A stretch of 63,560 nucleotides of DNA, filler included, from Platydemus manokwari (Eukaryota): the NCBI GenBank assembly GCA_037951405.1. It is 5 parts of 5 records of this genome, joined end to end, with 100 filler letters (N's around TTAATTAATTAA, not from the genome) between each part and the next. Parts side by side here need not be neighbours in the genome. Positions count along the whole stretch, not along the records: positions 1 to 11,975 come from JBBMOY010368890.1; positions 12,076 to 21,953 come from JBBMOY011193655.1; 3 more parts are not named here. The stretch is one strand, 5' to 3'. The position numbers and the translations under genes are program-made. The notes beneath the pieces are model-generated. The model saw only the letters and a list, made by a program, of their open reading frames with translations, ran no database searches and was not told the origin of the DNA. Numbering within the stretch: the stretch's first letter is position 1; every line of letters starts with the position of its first letter. This document shows positions 1-13,100 of this stretch, piece after piece.

Positions 1-997
1 AATTCCCGATTTATAAAATACTGTTTAAATTAATATTTTAAGGACTTAAAATAAGGATTTAAAAAATGCAAATAAGTTTTCATATAAAATATTTTTATAA
101 GAATATAAATATATAATAAAATATTTCTATTAAACCCGTCTCTTAAATATTTAATTATTTCTACTTATTATCATTTTATCGTTTATTAATGAGACAGAGA
201 TTTATTAGGATAAATATTGTAAAACATTTACAGTAAAATAAGTGTAACGATTTCTATAAATCGTTCATGCAATTACTACATTTCTAAAAATATTTTGGTA
301 CATAAAATATGAATATACAATATACAGCGACAAATGCACATCGATACATCGCTGTTAATATTAAATGACTTTGTTAGTTATTATCAATTGTTACTTGGTT
401 ATTGATTGAGTTTTTTTTCTCGATTCCCCAACAATTTAATTTAAAAAAATAGCAACGATAAATTCTAACGATAACAATCATATTCATAACGTAAAATGTT
501 TTCAATATCGAACTAGTTCTGAAAAGCGATCAACTCTAAACTCATTATTAATATGAAGATCGCATAAAAAGCACAAATACTCCAAGATATAATATTTATA
601 GTGTTTAATGTAAGGTAATGATAATCATGATAATAATAAATAATGATGTTAATAAGTCATTATAATAATAATAATAAAAATAATGATATTACCACTACTA
701 ATAATATTTATAATACTAGTAAGTTAAACAGTAATTTTTGCATTGATAATAGAAACAATAAATCGTAATAATAAAAATAATAATAATACTAAAAAAGGCA
801 AATTGATAATTATAATCATAGTAAAAACGATAATAAAAATTAAAATATTAACAAATGATAACATCAATATGAGATGGTTTATTTCAATGTTCTTCAAAAG
901 GTGTTCTTCACTGATATTCAAAAATACTTGGCATTCGGTAGGCGTTTCAATTGGATTTTTTTTTCATATCATTATATCACTCAATGATCTCTTAACG

Positions 998-1310
998 CAG
1001 TGTTCTTCAAAAGGGGAGTCGCGAGAAATTTTCTTTTCGACACTGACTTATATTAAGACAAAATATCGATCGAATTTTAAAGATCTGGAATTAGTACTGG
1101 GGCCAACCATCATCGAAACAGAGCCCAAATTTGATGTTTTATGCCAGAATATGCAAAATCGTTGTTATTATTAAATATATTTTAATTTTTTGGTGTTAAA
1201 AAATTTTTATTAAAAAATTTTCTTTATTATTTTTATTTTAGTCTCTAGTGGTCGCGAAGAAATTTGGACTCACAAAGTGGGTAGCAACACAGAACGTGTG
1301 AAGACCACTG
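998..1310 (+). mobile_element. Internally deleted (non-autonomous) hAT/Buster-type DNA transposon
   Basis: Imperfect TIRs CAGTGTTCTTCA (998) and TGAAGACCACTG (ends 1310). The interior encodes FSTLTYIKTKYRS...EPKFDVLC, the extreme C-terminus of Buster/Charlie hAT transposases. Both 8-bp flanks have the central TA preferred by Buster elements but are not identical, so there is no clean TSD. Confidence 0.7.
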
Positions 1311-1589
1311 GTTTAGTTAATAATAATGATAATTATAATTGATAGCCGCTAATTTTTCATAAAAGTCACAGCACATACAATGCATTTCACCTAATAATTT
1401 TAACAAATAAGATTGATAATTTGTGTTTTTGATGTAAATTCTGAATATAAATCCTTTTAATTTTAATTTCTATCAGAACCGAACGACTATGATATTAATT
1501 AGGGTAGATGTCATCATAAGCAATGACAATAACATCTCAACTATAATAACAAAACAAATATTAATAATATTAATAATAATAATTATTAT

Positions 1590-1886
1590 TGTGAGGATTC
1601 TAGAATGTAATAATATTTAAAGATTTTATAATCAGATTTTGTATTTTAAAATTACTTACTTATTTCAAACAATTCTGGTTATGATATAATTTTGTGTCTT
1701 GACTTTGTAATTCTTTTTCAATTTGTTCCTTTCAGGGATTTAAAAATGTAAACTTAAATGATTTGATAAATTAATATAAAAATATATTATTTTGTTTAAA
1801 TAGTAGTTTGTAAAAATATAATGCTGTGTCCGGAATTTTCAGTGAGCTTTAAAACAAAGCGGATTACATGGTGATATTAGATTTGT
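1590..1886 (+). mobile_element. Putative 5' LTR (1590-1868) followed by a PBS-like TGGTG
   Basis: Begins TGTGAG, ends GCGGATTACA and is immediately followed by TGGTG. Shares TTGTGTCTTGACTTT and terminal motifs with the copies at 2266, 21829 and 62307. Confidence 0.5.
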
Positions 1887-2265
1887 ATTTCATTCTAACA
1901 AGGTCTGTGGCATGGGGGGATAGAAGATGAAGAAGATATAGATAAGGTGTAAAGAAAATTTATGAAAAACGAATAGGAGAAAAATATTAATAAGATTTAA
2001 AGAAGAGAGAAGAAGAAATGGAAATTTTCAGTTGGATAAAACCCGAAGAATTCAATCCAGAAATAATTATGTATTAATAGAAAATCCAAAATGGTATAAG
2101 ACAGAGAATATGAGGATTTAAAAATTTGAATTTAAGAGATATTTTAAATAAATACTGAAATATTTTAATTTTTTTAAATAGTCGCCATTCAGCTGATTTC
2201 AGTTAATTTCCAACGCGCATTTTTTAAAATGCCTTTTAGTTACATGTATTATTAACAATAATTAT

Positions 2266-2475
2266 TGTTAGCCGCTCATACTATTTTAAAAACCATACAT
2301 TAAAATCGAACTAAAATGTCAAGACACAAGAAATCTAATTAAATCCAAATATTTAAACAAATAATTCTAATTTTCCCATTTAATTTAATTTTTTATAAAA
2401 TTATAATTACGTCTGAATAAAATTTGAATAAAATGTGAATTAAATTGAAATTTAATTCATATAAAATATCTCACA
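2266..2475 (-). mobile_element. Solo LTR-like repeat (TGTGAG...GCGGCTAACA family)
   Basis: The reverse complement aligns along its length with 62307-62535. TG...CA termini with a 6-bp imperfect inverted repeat. Confidence 0.65.
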
Positions 2476-2864
2476 ACAAGGAAATCGAATAATAATAATA
2501 ATGATAATAATATAATTATAATATTAAGTGATGTGATAAAAATAAAATCTTGTATGATTTGAAAATGCGAATAAAAATAGTAACACTGCATTGAAATGGA
2601 AAATACGAAAAATTACTTTAAAAATAAAAATTTAAAAATAAAATTGCCGTACTTCAAACGATAAGTATCAGTAAAAAATAGTATACAAAGATAGAGCATT
2701 TCATTATATATACCCAATAAAAAATCTTAAGCTTGAAGAGGAGGTTATTCGAGTTCCAGAATATTAGAAACATTTCTTGACAAAGAAATATTTTTCGAGA
2801 GTGAGTAAGACTTTATATAATTTTAATTAATCATGGCCCTATCGTTATAATTACTAATTAATCA

Positions 2865-4033
2865 TTAATTTGGTCTTTTCCAATATCCCTGGTGTGGATA
2901 TTTTGCAGCAAACAACTTGTATAGTACGTTGGCATTTTGCTGAATTTTTGTGTTATTGTTTATCTTGTTAAATGTTTCATTCTTTTTAAACAAAGATTAT
3001 TACCAACAATTGATTTATTAATCATTCTATAATCATATCTCTACGTATCTTAAGTAATAATAATTTATTAATCTACCATTGTGTACGATCAGTGCCAACT
3101 ATAATTGCTACAGCTGAACAAAGAATTCTTGTTGCAACGATCAATAGCAATATAAACTTTAACTTTTAGAGATTTCATTATTTTTTCCCGTAGTTTCGCC
3201 TTCATACGAGTTACTGAAGCCCTCTAGGAACACTGTAAGCTGATAATAAGAACAACCACATCAAAAATTAATTAATATTACAGTAGTGGTCATGGCACCA
3301 TTAGGCCTAACCGCCGACAAAATCAATTGATGGGTTTTACTGGTACTGTTATAAGAGTTTTCTAAAATTCATCAGTTTCATCTTATAGAACCTCACAACA
3401 GTTAAATAAACAGAATTTCAACATCTGATTATTTACTTAAAATTTTGTTTATTCTATTTATTTTGTATTTTATTTCTATTTAAATTTTACTATTATTATC
3501 GATTTGTATTCATTGTAATATCAATAATATTTTATTCAGATCAAGCTATTTATTTTATTATTAATCTATAATTTCATACACTTTTTGAAAGCAGGTGTAC
3601 TAATTAACTATTATTAATAAATTATAATAGACCTCAATTTAATTGTACGGATTCAACAATGCTTTAATTCTCACATAATTTTGGCTTTTGATCAAAATGG
3701 CTTATATATGTCTGCCGAGCAACGGTTCTTTAAAATTCTTAGTCCAGTGATTTCCTTGTTCTTTTGAAAGTGGCAAGGTTGTGATGTTATTAACCTCCTT
3801 TTATAATTTTTATGAACGAGGTTTAATCGTATTTAACCATATTTCTTTTTCTCGTTCAGAATCTTATAAGAAAATATTTCAGAATTATTTCACAATTGAT
3901 TTTTATAATTATTTCGTTTGTCAATTTTAATGTGATTTTAAATATAAATTCTTATATTTTAAATATAAATATATTCATGTACTTTTTAACCGTATGCTGT
4001 GTTTTAAAACTATTGCAAATAATCATTAATTCA

Positions 4034-4078
<45 letters not shown>

Positions 4079-6400
4079 TTTCTCATCAAAAATTAATTTC
4101 CAAAATTCATTAGGACGAAAATTAAATTGCTACATTAAAATAATCGATACAATTTATAACCAATTTCTGTACACACGAATTCACACAAAAAATAACAATG
4201 AAATTTAACATTGATACAAAGATTTTGTCATCGATACAATTGTTTTTTACGAAATGTTACAATTATCAGAATCAATTGCTTTCATGAAATGTTACCAGAT
4301 ACCTTATTTACTGGTCTTCACATTTAGTGCAAAGACTAAATATATTACGTAATCAAGCAGATATGCTTAATCACAATAAAATAATTTTATTCATTCATAA
4401 TTAACTTTTATTCACAGTGTCAGGATTTCAACATTTCTAGAGAATCCTGAGAAACATGTCTCGATGTCTTCTCACCTATTGTGGCAATTTGCCATCTGTG
4501 CTTTTGATCGCATATGCTGTATTTTACGATTGTCGGGTTTTAAATATAAGAATAATAAGTTCAAATTGTAAATGTACAATTTGTAAAAAGATAGAGGTCC
4601 ATGCTGTGATAATATAAGAAGGATTTTTTAACGCTAATAATTTCCAAAATATGGTTACCCTAGATCTCCAACTTATCTGGACTCCAAACAGATAAGAGGT
4701 TGTTGTAGCTTAAAATACTCGGGTGATTATAATAAAAATAGTATTTAAAATATAAATGATAAATAATTAAAATAAAATGAGCAATACAAAACAAAACAAA
4801 ATAAAACGTATTGATAATCAAAGTTAATCTGAACACAATTATTTTAAATAACTCAAGGCTGTGATCGTTATTGTAGGAGGAAAGAGATGTGTAGTCAAGA
4901 AAAAAGTATAGAGCGTACCGCTTATGTGCTCGGGTAAGCCTCCCGTGACAAAAATTTGAAAGTGGGGAACTTTTAAGTAGAAACCTATATGATTTTTATA
5001 GATCTCAAGACTAAAATTAGCCGTGGGTCGAAAAACAATGAAAAATTTACTCGTATGTTGCATCATAGAAATTGGCATAAAATATCTTCAAGAAAATCTT
5101 TGGTTAGAAATTGGCATACAATAAATAAATTGGCATACAGTAGTTAGCTGCGGAATTGAGCTGGTGACGTTCGTCCAAGTTTAAAATAAATAGCTTCTTG
5201 CGAAAATTAGTCAAATATAGTAAATGTCAATAGTCGAAATTGTGCGAGTGCTGTCTGTTTATGCCAGTATATATACTATTTTGTGTCTTATTGTGAGCCA
5301 TATACCTTGTTGCTATTTATGGTAACATTCTATGCTTGGTAGCATATGTTGCTAATTTTAGCATATGTGCAACATAGGTTACTATTTTTAGCCTATGTGT
5401 CTATTTATGGCAACAAGTGTAGTTATTTTAGTTTTACATACACCGTGGAATCTATTTTTAGATTTGAATGACCTTAATGTCGATTTATTTTGGTACAGTA
5501 AAACAAATTTAAAAATTTTATGAATATTTGTGATTTCTGGTATTATAATTTGAAAAATTTTTTATATCTATTTATTTTTATTCTTTAGTTTATTTGGTTG
5601 GCTTAAAATGGCCTGGTTAGTTCCCCACAAACAGTTCCCGACTCACCTGATTGTTGACTCTTTTCAAAAAGTGGTTGTTCTATGACATTGTATTTGACTG
5701 ATGTATGTTATCAGACTCCATATTTCCATTATTTTTGTAACTTTTTGGGATCATATTGGTTTCTTATTCTTTTTATAATTTATTTGTAAATTTATGCTAT
5801 TCAGCAAACACTTATCAATGTCTTATCAATCTCAATGCCTCTTATGACCCGCAGGTAGTTATTTACCGTATATTTAATTCATCTTTCCTCTATATTATTT
5901 TAACTCTTCGAAGACTAGATAAGCAGCACTGGACAATTTTCATATAAAGATTTTTGTAACAATTTACATCAATAACACCTTTAACACTGAAATGTGGTTA
6001 TGAAATGATCCTGTAGCCACTTGGCTGAAATAAAAGCGAGAGGCTTTCGTTCCAATAAAATTTACTGATAAAATATCAGATTAGTGACAATTCATATACC
6101 TAAATGGCTCCTTCTTTCAATTGTAACAAAACCCATTTTCAAGATGGTTGATATTACCTCTATGATTATGATATATAGAACCAAATATAGATCCAAATGA
6201 TTTTACAGCAATTATTCGCTTACTCATAACCTGAAAACGGTTATGGCTGATTGTCGAGAATACTATGGCAAGAAATCCTGTCAATGAACAAGGAATATAA
6301 TTAGCGAGAATCACGCTTGACAAATTCGAATTTCAAAAATTGTTTATCAGATCAAATTTCAGCTGTTGTAGTGGTTTTGGTAAAATGGGGGCAAGTGTTT
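2865..6400 (-). pseudogene. Frameshifted multi-exon cadherin-like type I membrane protein gene
   Basis: Exon-like segments with GT-AG ends read PHFTKTTTTAEI (~6380), VKYNVIEQPLFEKSQQSG (~5650), YAIKSTDG/IATI (~4480) and NSYNSTSKTHQLILSAVRPNGAMTTT-LTVFLE (3361-3282, 42-nt intron, 3239 onward). These are followed by hydrophobic FILLLIVATRILCSAVAIIVG and a short tail. Several frameshifts are needed. Confidence 0.35.
4034..4078. repeat. (ATT)15 microsatellite
   Basis: Perfect ATT array, read directly. Confidence 0.95.
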
Positions 6401-8056
6401 TAAGTTTTGTAGAACTAATTATATTAAAATATGTTCCTTGATTTTAATGGAAATAAATAATTGATTTTTATTTTCTGGACAAAAGAGGTCGAATTATTTT
6501 ACAATTCGATGATATTATTTTATTATTAATGAGTAATGGTTCCTAATTATCATGAAACAATGGATTACTTATTTCACAATATGATTTTATCATTTCACTA
6601 ATGGATTAATTATTTCATAATTCATTTTTTTAAACTTATGTTTCTGTTGTTTTATTATTGCTAGCCAAAGCATATTTTATTTATGGATTAATTAAATATA
6701 TTTACCATTTCTGTTAGTTAACATTTTTTCGTCAATTTGCTTTACATTAATTATTAATAGATTTTATCCATTATCGATGACTATTTCACTAATAATTATC
6801 ATGACATCATTAATGAACATGAATAATTTTTAAAAATATATTGCATACTTCTTTGTTATCTCATATAAATTAGTTCACTAATTATATCAATTTCGATCCA
6901 CTTAAAGAGATTACAAAGAGATTACAAAAATTTATCATTAGTCAGAATAAAACAACGTCACTAATGCCTGTTCTTTCAATATAAATTGTCATTGATTTCT
7001 GGGACACCAACAATATCGAAATGTTATTTTCCTTTATTTTATTTTATTTTTCATAAAAAACGTTTTATAGATGATAATATATATATCATGTTGATAATCA
7101 CAAATATTTAAATTTAAAAAACCCGACATTAAAAAAATATCATATCAGATGTAAAGTTCGATATCAAATAATCAATTTACATTGAAGTTTGGATTAGTAT
7201 ATCTTCGGTTGGCGTTTTGATTGATATTTTGGAATTTGTAGGCACAGTTGTTTATAATTTATATCCTCCAGATTGTACTCTTCACCCGCTCTACTTTTCT
7301 ACTCATCTTCAGCTCCTTACAATCTTTTTTCAAACTACATCGTGAGTCGTTTTCCTTGTCATTTTCCTTCTCCGATAACCAACATTGCCGATTCTGTTTT
7401 GACATTTTTCCTTTTCCACTGTTCGTATGAGCTACGAGTAGTGGCTATCTTTACATACTCAGTTTCATTGTATATAATACCAATCTACATATCGTCAACT
7501 CTTCCGATTCTCATTGATTTTTGTTTTATGACTCTTCTCAACAAAAATCTTTGGGGCTTCAAGGTGATTTAATTGGAAATTGCTTTACAATAATGTATTT
7601 AATGTATCTTATAAAAATTAAAATAAAACTACATAACACAGCTTATTAATCCTATTAGAAAGTAATTTTGTAAAACTTTAAGAAAAATATAGTTCTGTTG
7701 TGGAGTCCGAATTCATGCCACTGACCAGATCACGATTAAGAAAATAATTCAAGAGCACTAAAATTTTATTTTAATTGTTTGATAATTTCTGAATTTTTGT
7801 AAAAATTGATATTGATTAATTAATTCATTGATTTTTGAATTCCAATATGATGTTCATTTAAATAACACTTATATATAAGACCTGAGTCAATAATCATTAG
7901 ACAATTTATATTTAAAACATCAATTCTTAGTATAGGCATAATTTTAGCATTCATTAGTCCAACAAATTAGATTTCGGAAACATTGTCAAGTTTTGTTTTA
8001 ATATTCTACATAACATAAGGACCGTTGAATATTTTCAATCGTAAAATTTACAAACA

Positions 8057-8272
8057 ATGTTTCGAAATCTATCGCAAGTGATTTCACGTAATTCTATTCG
8101 AAAGTTGCACGTTGATCAAGAAGGTAAAATTGGAGCAAATTTACCATTTCAAATAAAAAATAAACCACGGTTAATTATTACGTTTTGTCTGTTCACCGGA
8201 TTTTTTTTCAATTTACCAATTGCCTCAGCTTACTATTATTCGAATTTGAAAGGCAAGGAATCTTCTGGATAG
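8057..8272 (+). CDS. COX7C: Cytochrome c oxidase subunit VIIc-like, single coding exon, 71 aa
   Basis: Arg/Ser-rich mitochondrial presequence, the EG-x-GANLPFQIKNK motif matching COX7C EG-x-GxNLPFxxxNK, and one transmembrane helix ending in the conserved F-x-x-P. Confidence 0.85.
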   Translation: MFRNLSQVISRNSIRKLHVDQEGKIGANLPFQIKNKPRLIITFCLFTGFFFNLPIASAYYYSNLKGKESSG

Positions 8273-10103
8273 TTGATGTTAGGATTTAAACTCTGATAAA
8301 CACATAGTTGGCTTTCTAATGTAGTTAATAAATTTAGATCGATATTTTAATTTTTTAATGATTAATATATATTTTAATATTTATAGTTGATTACGTAATT
8401 GATAATTATAGTTTTTATTATTTATATGAAATCAGTTTCAAGTTTGAAAAGATGAAAGATAAACTCTAAAACGAATTTAGCCATATTTGATCATTATTAA
8501 TATTAAGAAAATCCGTAGAAACACAAAACTGTGACGTAATTCATTCCATTATTATATTCAAATAAGAAATAGTAAAACTCTATCTGGTTTAGCACTTTAG
8601 TAGGACAGGGAAACAAAACATAGAAATATTAGAAATCTTAAACAATTCTAGAATATTTTAAAATGTTTCGAGTTGACAAAAATTAACCATATGGTTGATT
8701 GGTGATGAAATTGAAACAATAAAGGCATGTGATCTAAAGTGACTATTTTTACTCTAATCGATGGAAGTTTAAACAACCATATTTGATGATTAAAGAATGT
8801 CTAATTATTTCGGTAATTCTTATTTTTGAAAAAATATCGATTTCAGTTCTTTTGGTCACTAGATTTTATGTATTGAACCATTAATTCATGCTTAAAAATT
8901 TACACGTAGAATAATTCGTAATATCATTGACGTTTGCAAATGATTGATCGTCATTAATCTAAAATTTAATCCAAATTTTCGATTGAATTATTTCGAAACG
9001 TTTACATTTTATCAACGATTTTATTTCATTTAATTTTTACATAAATTAGTGTAACATTATTGTAGTCATGGTCTTACGTATAATTATTTGCATGAAATTT
9101 ATCATCACATGATATATTTTAAATCTTTACAAACATCGTCAATAAAACATCACTCCTAAATTTATTGATTAATCATATTAATAGCTGATTAAAGTATTGT
9201 TAAAATATCAAAAATTACTCTGATGATAATTTTGTGTTTGTATTATGTAAGACTAGATATATCAATTCACTTGAAATATTTACTCCTTAGAATAGTACTC
9301 ATATTATTGATTGAATGTGATGTATGTCATAATTTTAAATGCAAATACAAAAATAGATAAATTTGATACACAAACATGATGCATGCAATAACTTTCGGAC
9401 TTTGGAACATAACTTATGTTAAAAACAAGTAATCATAAGTTGCTTGACAAATATTTCAAGGTTTATAAATTAGAATTCTATTTTAGTCAAAGACAAAAAA
9501 TCATTTAATCAATATAATCCAAAAATACTGAAGTTGTAATGCATTGGCATTTTGAAATCAAACATTGTTTTTATAATGTTTTAAACTTTTAAAACAAAAA
9601 TTAAACCATCTATGTCAATGAAATGTTAAGAAATTTTCTTCCAAATTTTTTTAATGAAATATGGACTTTGTATTAAGAATCAGTCCAACAAAATAACCAT
9701 TGAAATTGTAATAACTGTTTGTCAATTTGACATCTATTGGCACACTAAAAATAATATTTAACTATCCAACAAATCAGATTTTATCAAACCTATTTGTCAT
9801 ATACAACAATAAAACACACGTGCACATATCTATCAATAAAACAATATTAAATAATTATGAAACTAATCGATTGTATAACATATTCGATTGCAATTGCATA
9901 TCGAAATACATCAATGGAACAGAAGACACGCCAAATGATAAAACTAACAAAAAATCAAAATACATATTATGCAAACCGTTAATCCTAAACAGTGAGATTA
10001 ACAAATATTTATCAATAATTCTCAACTATTCCAACACAAAATCATCCAAATCACCAATTATGCATTTAAATTATTATAATTATATAGTTGCCATGGAAAC
10101 GCG

Positions 10104-11843
<1,740 letters not shown>

Positions 11844-11975
11844 TTAATTTATTTCCAAATTTTGAATAATTAACTACCTAAAATTAAATAGTATAATGCT
11901 ATATATACAAATTAATTTAATAAAACAATCTATTGAAATATGTTTAAAAGAGTTTCGTATGTTTTTATGAATTAT

Positions 11976-12075
11976 NNNNNNNNNNNNNNNNNNNNNNNNN
12001 NNNNNNNNNNNNNNNNNNNTTAATTAATTAANNNNNNNNNNNNNNNNNNNNNNNNNNNNNNNNNNNNNNNNNNNN
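11976..12075. other. Artificial contig linker N44-TTAATTAATTAA-N44
   Basis: The same 100-bp spacer with six-frame stops recurs four times in the window. Confidence 0.95.
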
Positions 12076-12119
12076 ACCAAAGTAATTGTACGATGTTGAT
12101 ATCTATAAATTGATCTTGC

Positions 12120-13100
12120 TTAAAAAATTACTGTTAACCTCTCAAAATTTTAAAAAATTATTAAAATTGCTATCAGTTATTTCAAATAAAAAATAAAGAT
12201 GTAATATAAAAATGTGAGCATTTTTATTTTTAAAAAAAGAAGATAAATCAGATGGAAATAAATTTTAAAATTAGTTTAAAATAGATGTATTATGAATATA
12301 TATTTTTTGTTCTTTTGAAGACATGTCTTTTGATTTGAATATCAAAAACCAAGAAGTTTTAACAACGAATAATCACAATGAACCAAAGCATTACAATTCA
12401 AAATAATATCATTATTAATTTTAAGATAATTTTACTGATACTACTAAATATAATCCTCGAAAAAAACAATATTTTTATACAGTTAAAATGAATTAAAATA
12501 TTATATGATGAAGTTTTATTAGTCAATCGTCCAATTCAGTTGTAGAATCGATTATGTTGTTGAAAAATCAGATGTATTCGAATTAAATAATGATTAAATA
12601 TTTTTAGATTTTAATTATTTCTATCATTCTTGAAATATCCATCAAATCCAGATTACATCTCTGTGAGTTTTATTTAATTAAAATTTACATGGGATTAAAA
12701 CTATTAAAAGTGGAACCAAAAGGTATTTTTAAAACATTATATTAAAAATTAACATAGCATATAAATATTTGTAAAAGGATCTTACTTAAAATAATACTAC
12801 CAAACTCTCAGTTTTAAAATTATTAAAATTATTAGAAATAAAATTTAAATTATTTTTAAAAAAATCAGATGTAATATAAAATTCTGGACTTTTTATATTT
12901 AAATTATAAATGAAGACAAATCAAATCGAAATAAATTTGAATTTAATATTTAAAGTTTGTTTGAAAATTGATGAATTGACGAATATATTTTTTGTTCTGT
13001 TGTAAACATGGCTTTTGATTTGAATGAAGAAATTTGAGCGACTAACAATTTCTATTTTTTAAAACCCTATATTTTTGAAATATTTTCACTGACGCTAATT
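12120..13100 (+). repeat. Diverged direct repeat, ~300-bp units at ~12120-12440 and ~12785-13100
   Basis: Collinear shared blocks AAAATTATTAAAATT, AGATGTAATATAAAA, GAAGAYAAATCARAT.GAAATAAATTT and ATATTTTTTGTTCT...ACATGKCTTTTGATTTGAAT. Confidence 0.7.

Noticed and set aside
620-921. ORFs 724-921 and the N-terminal part of 743-1174
   Set aside because: AAT-rich low-complexity sequence. Only the hAT remnant within 998-1174 is meaningful.
3896-4096. Poly-Ile ORF
   Set aside because: Translation of the ATT microsatellite.
7690-7740. tRNA-like T-arm on the minus strand, and GGTTCGAA near 57614
   Set aside because: No cloverleaf or acceptor stem can be formed.
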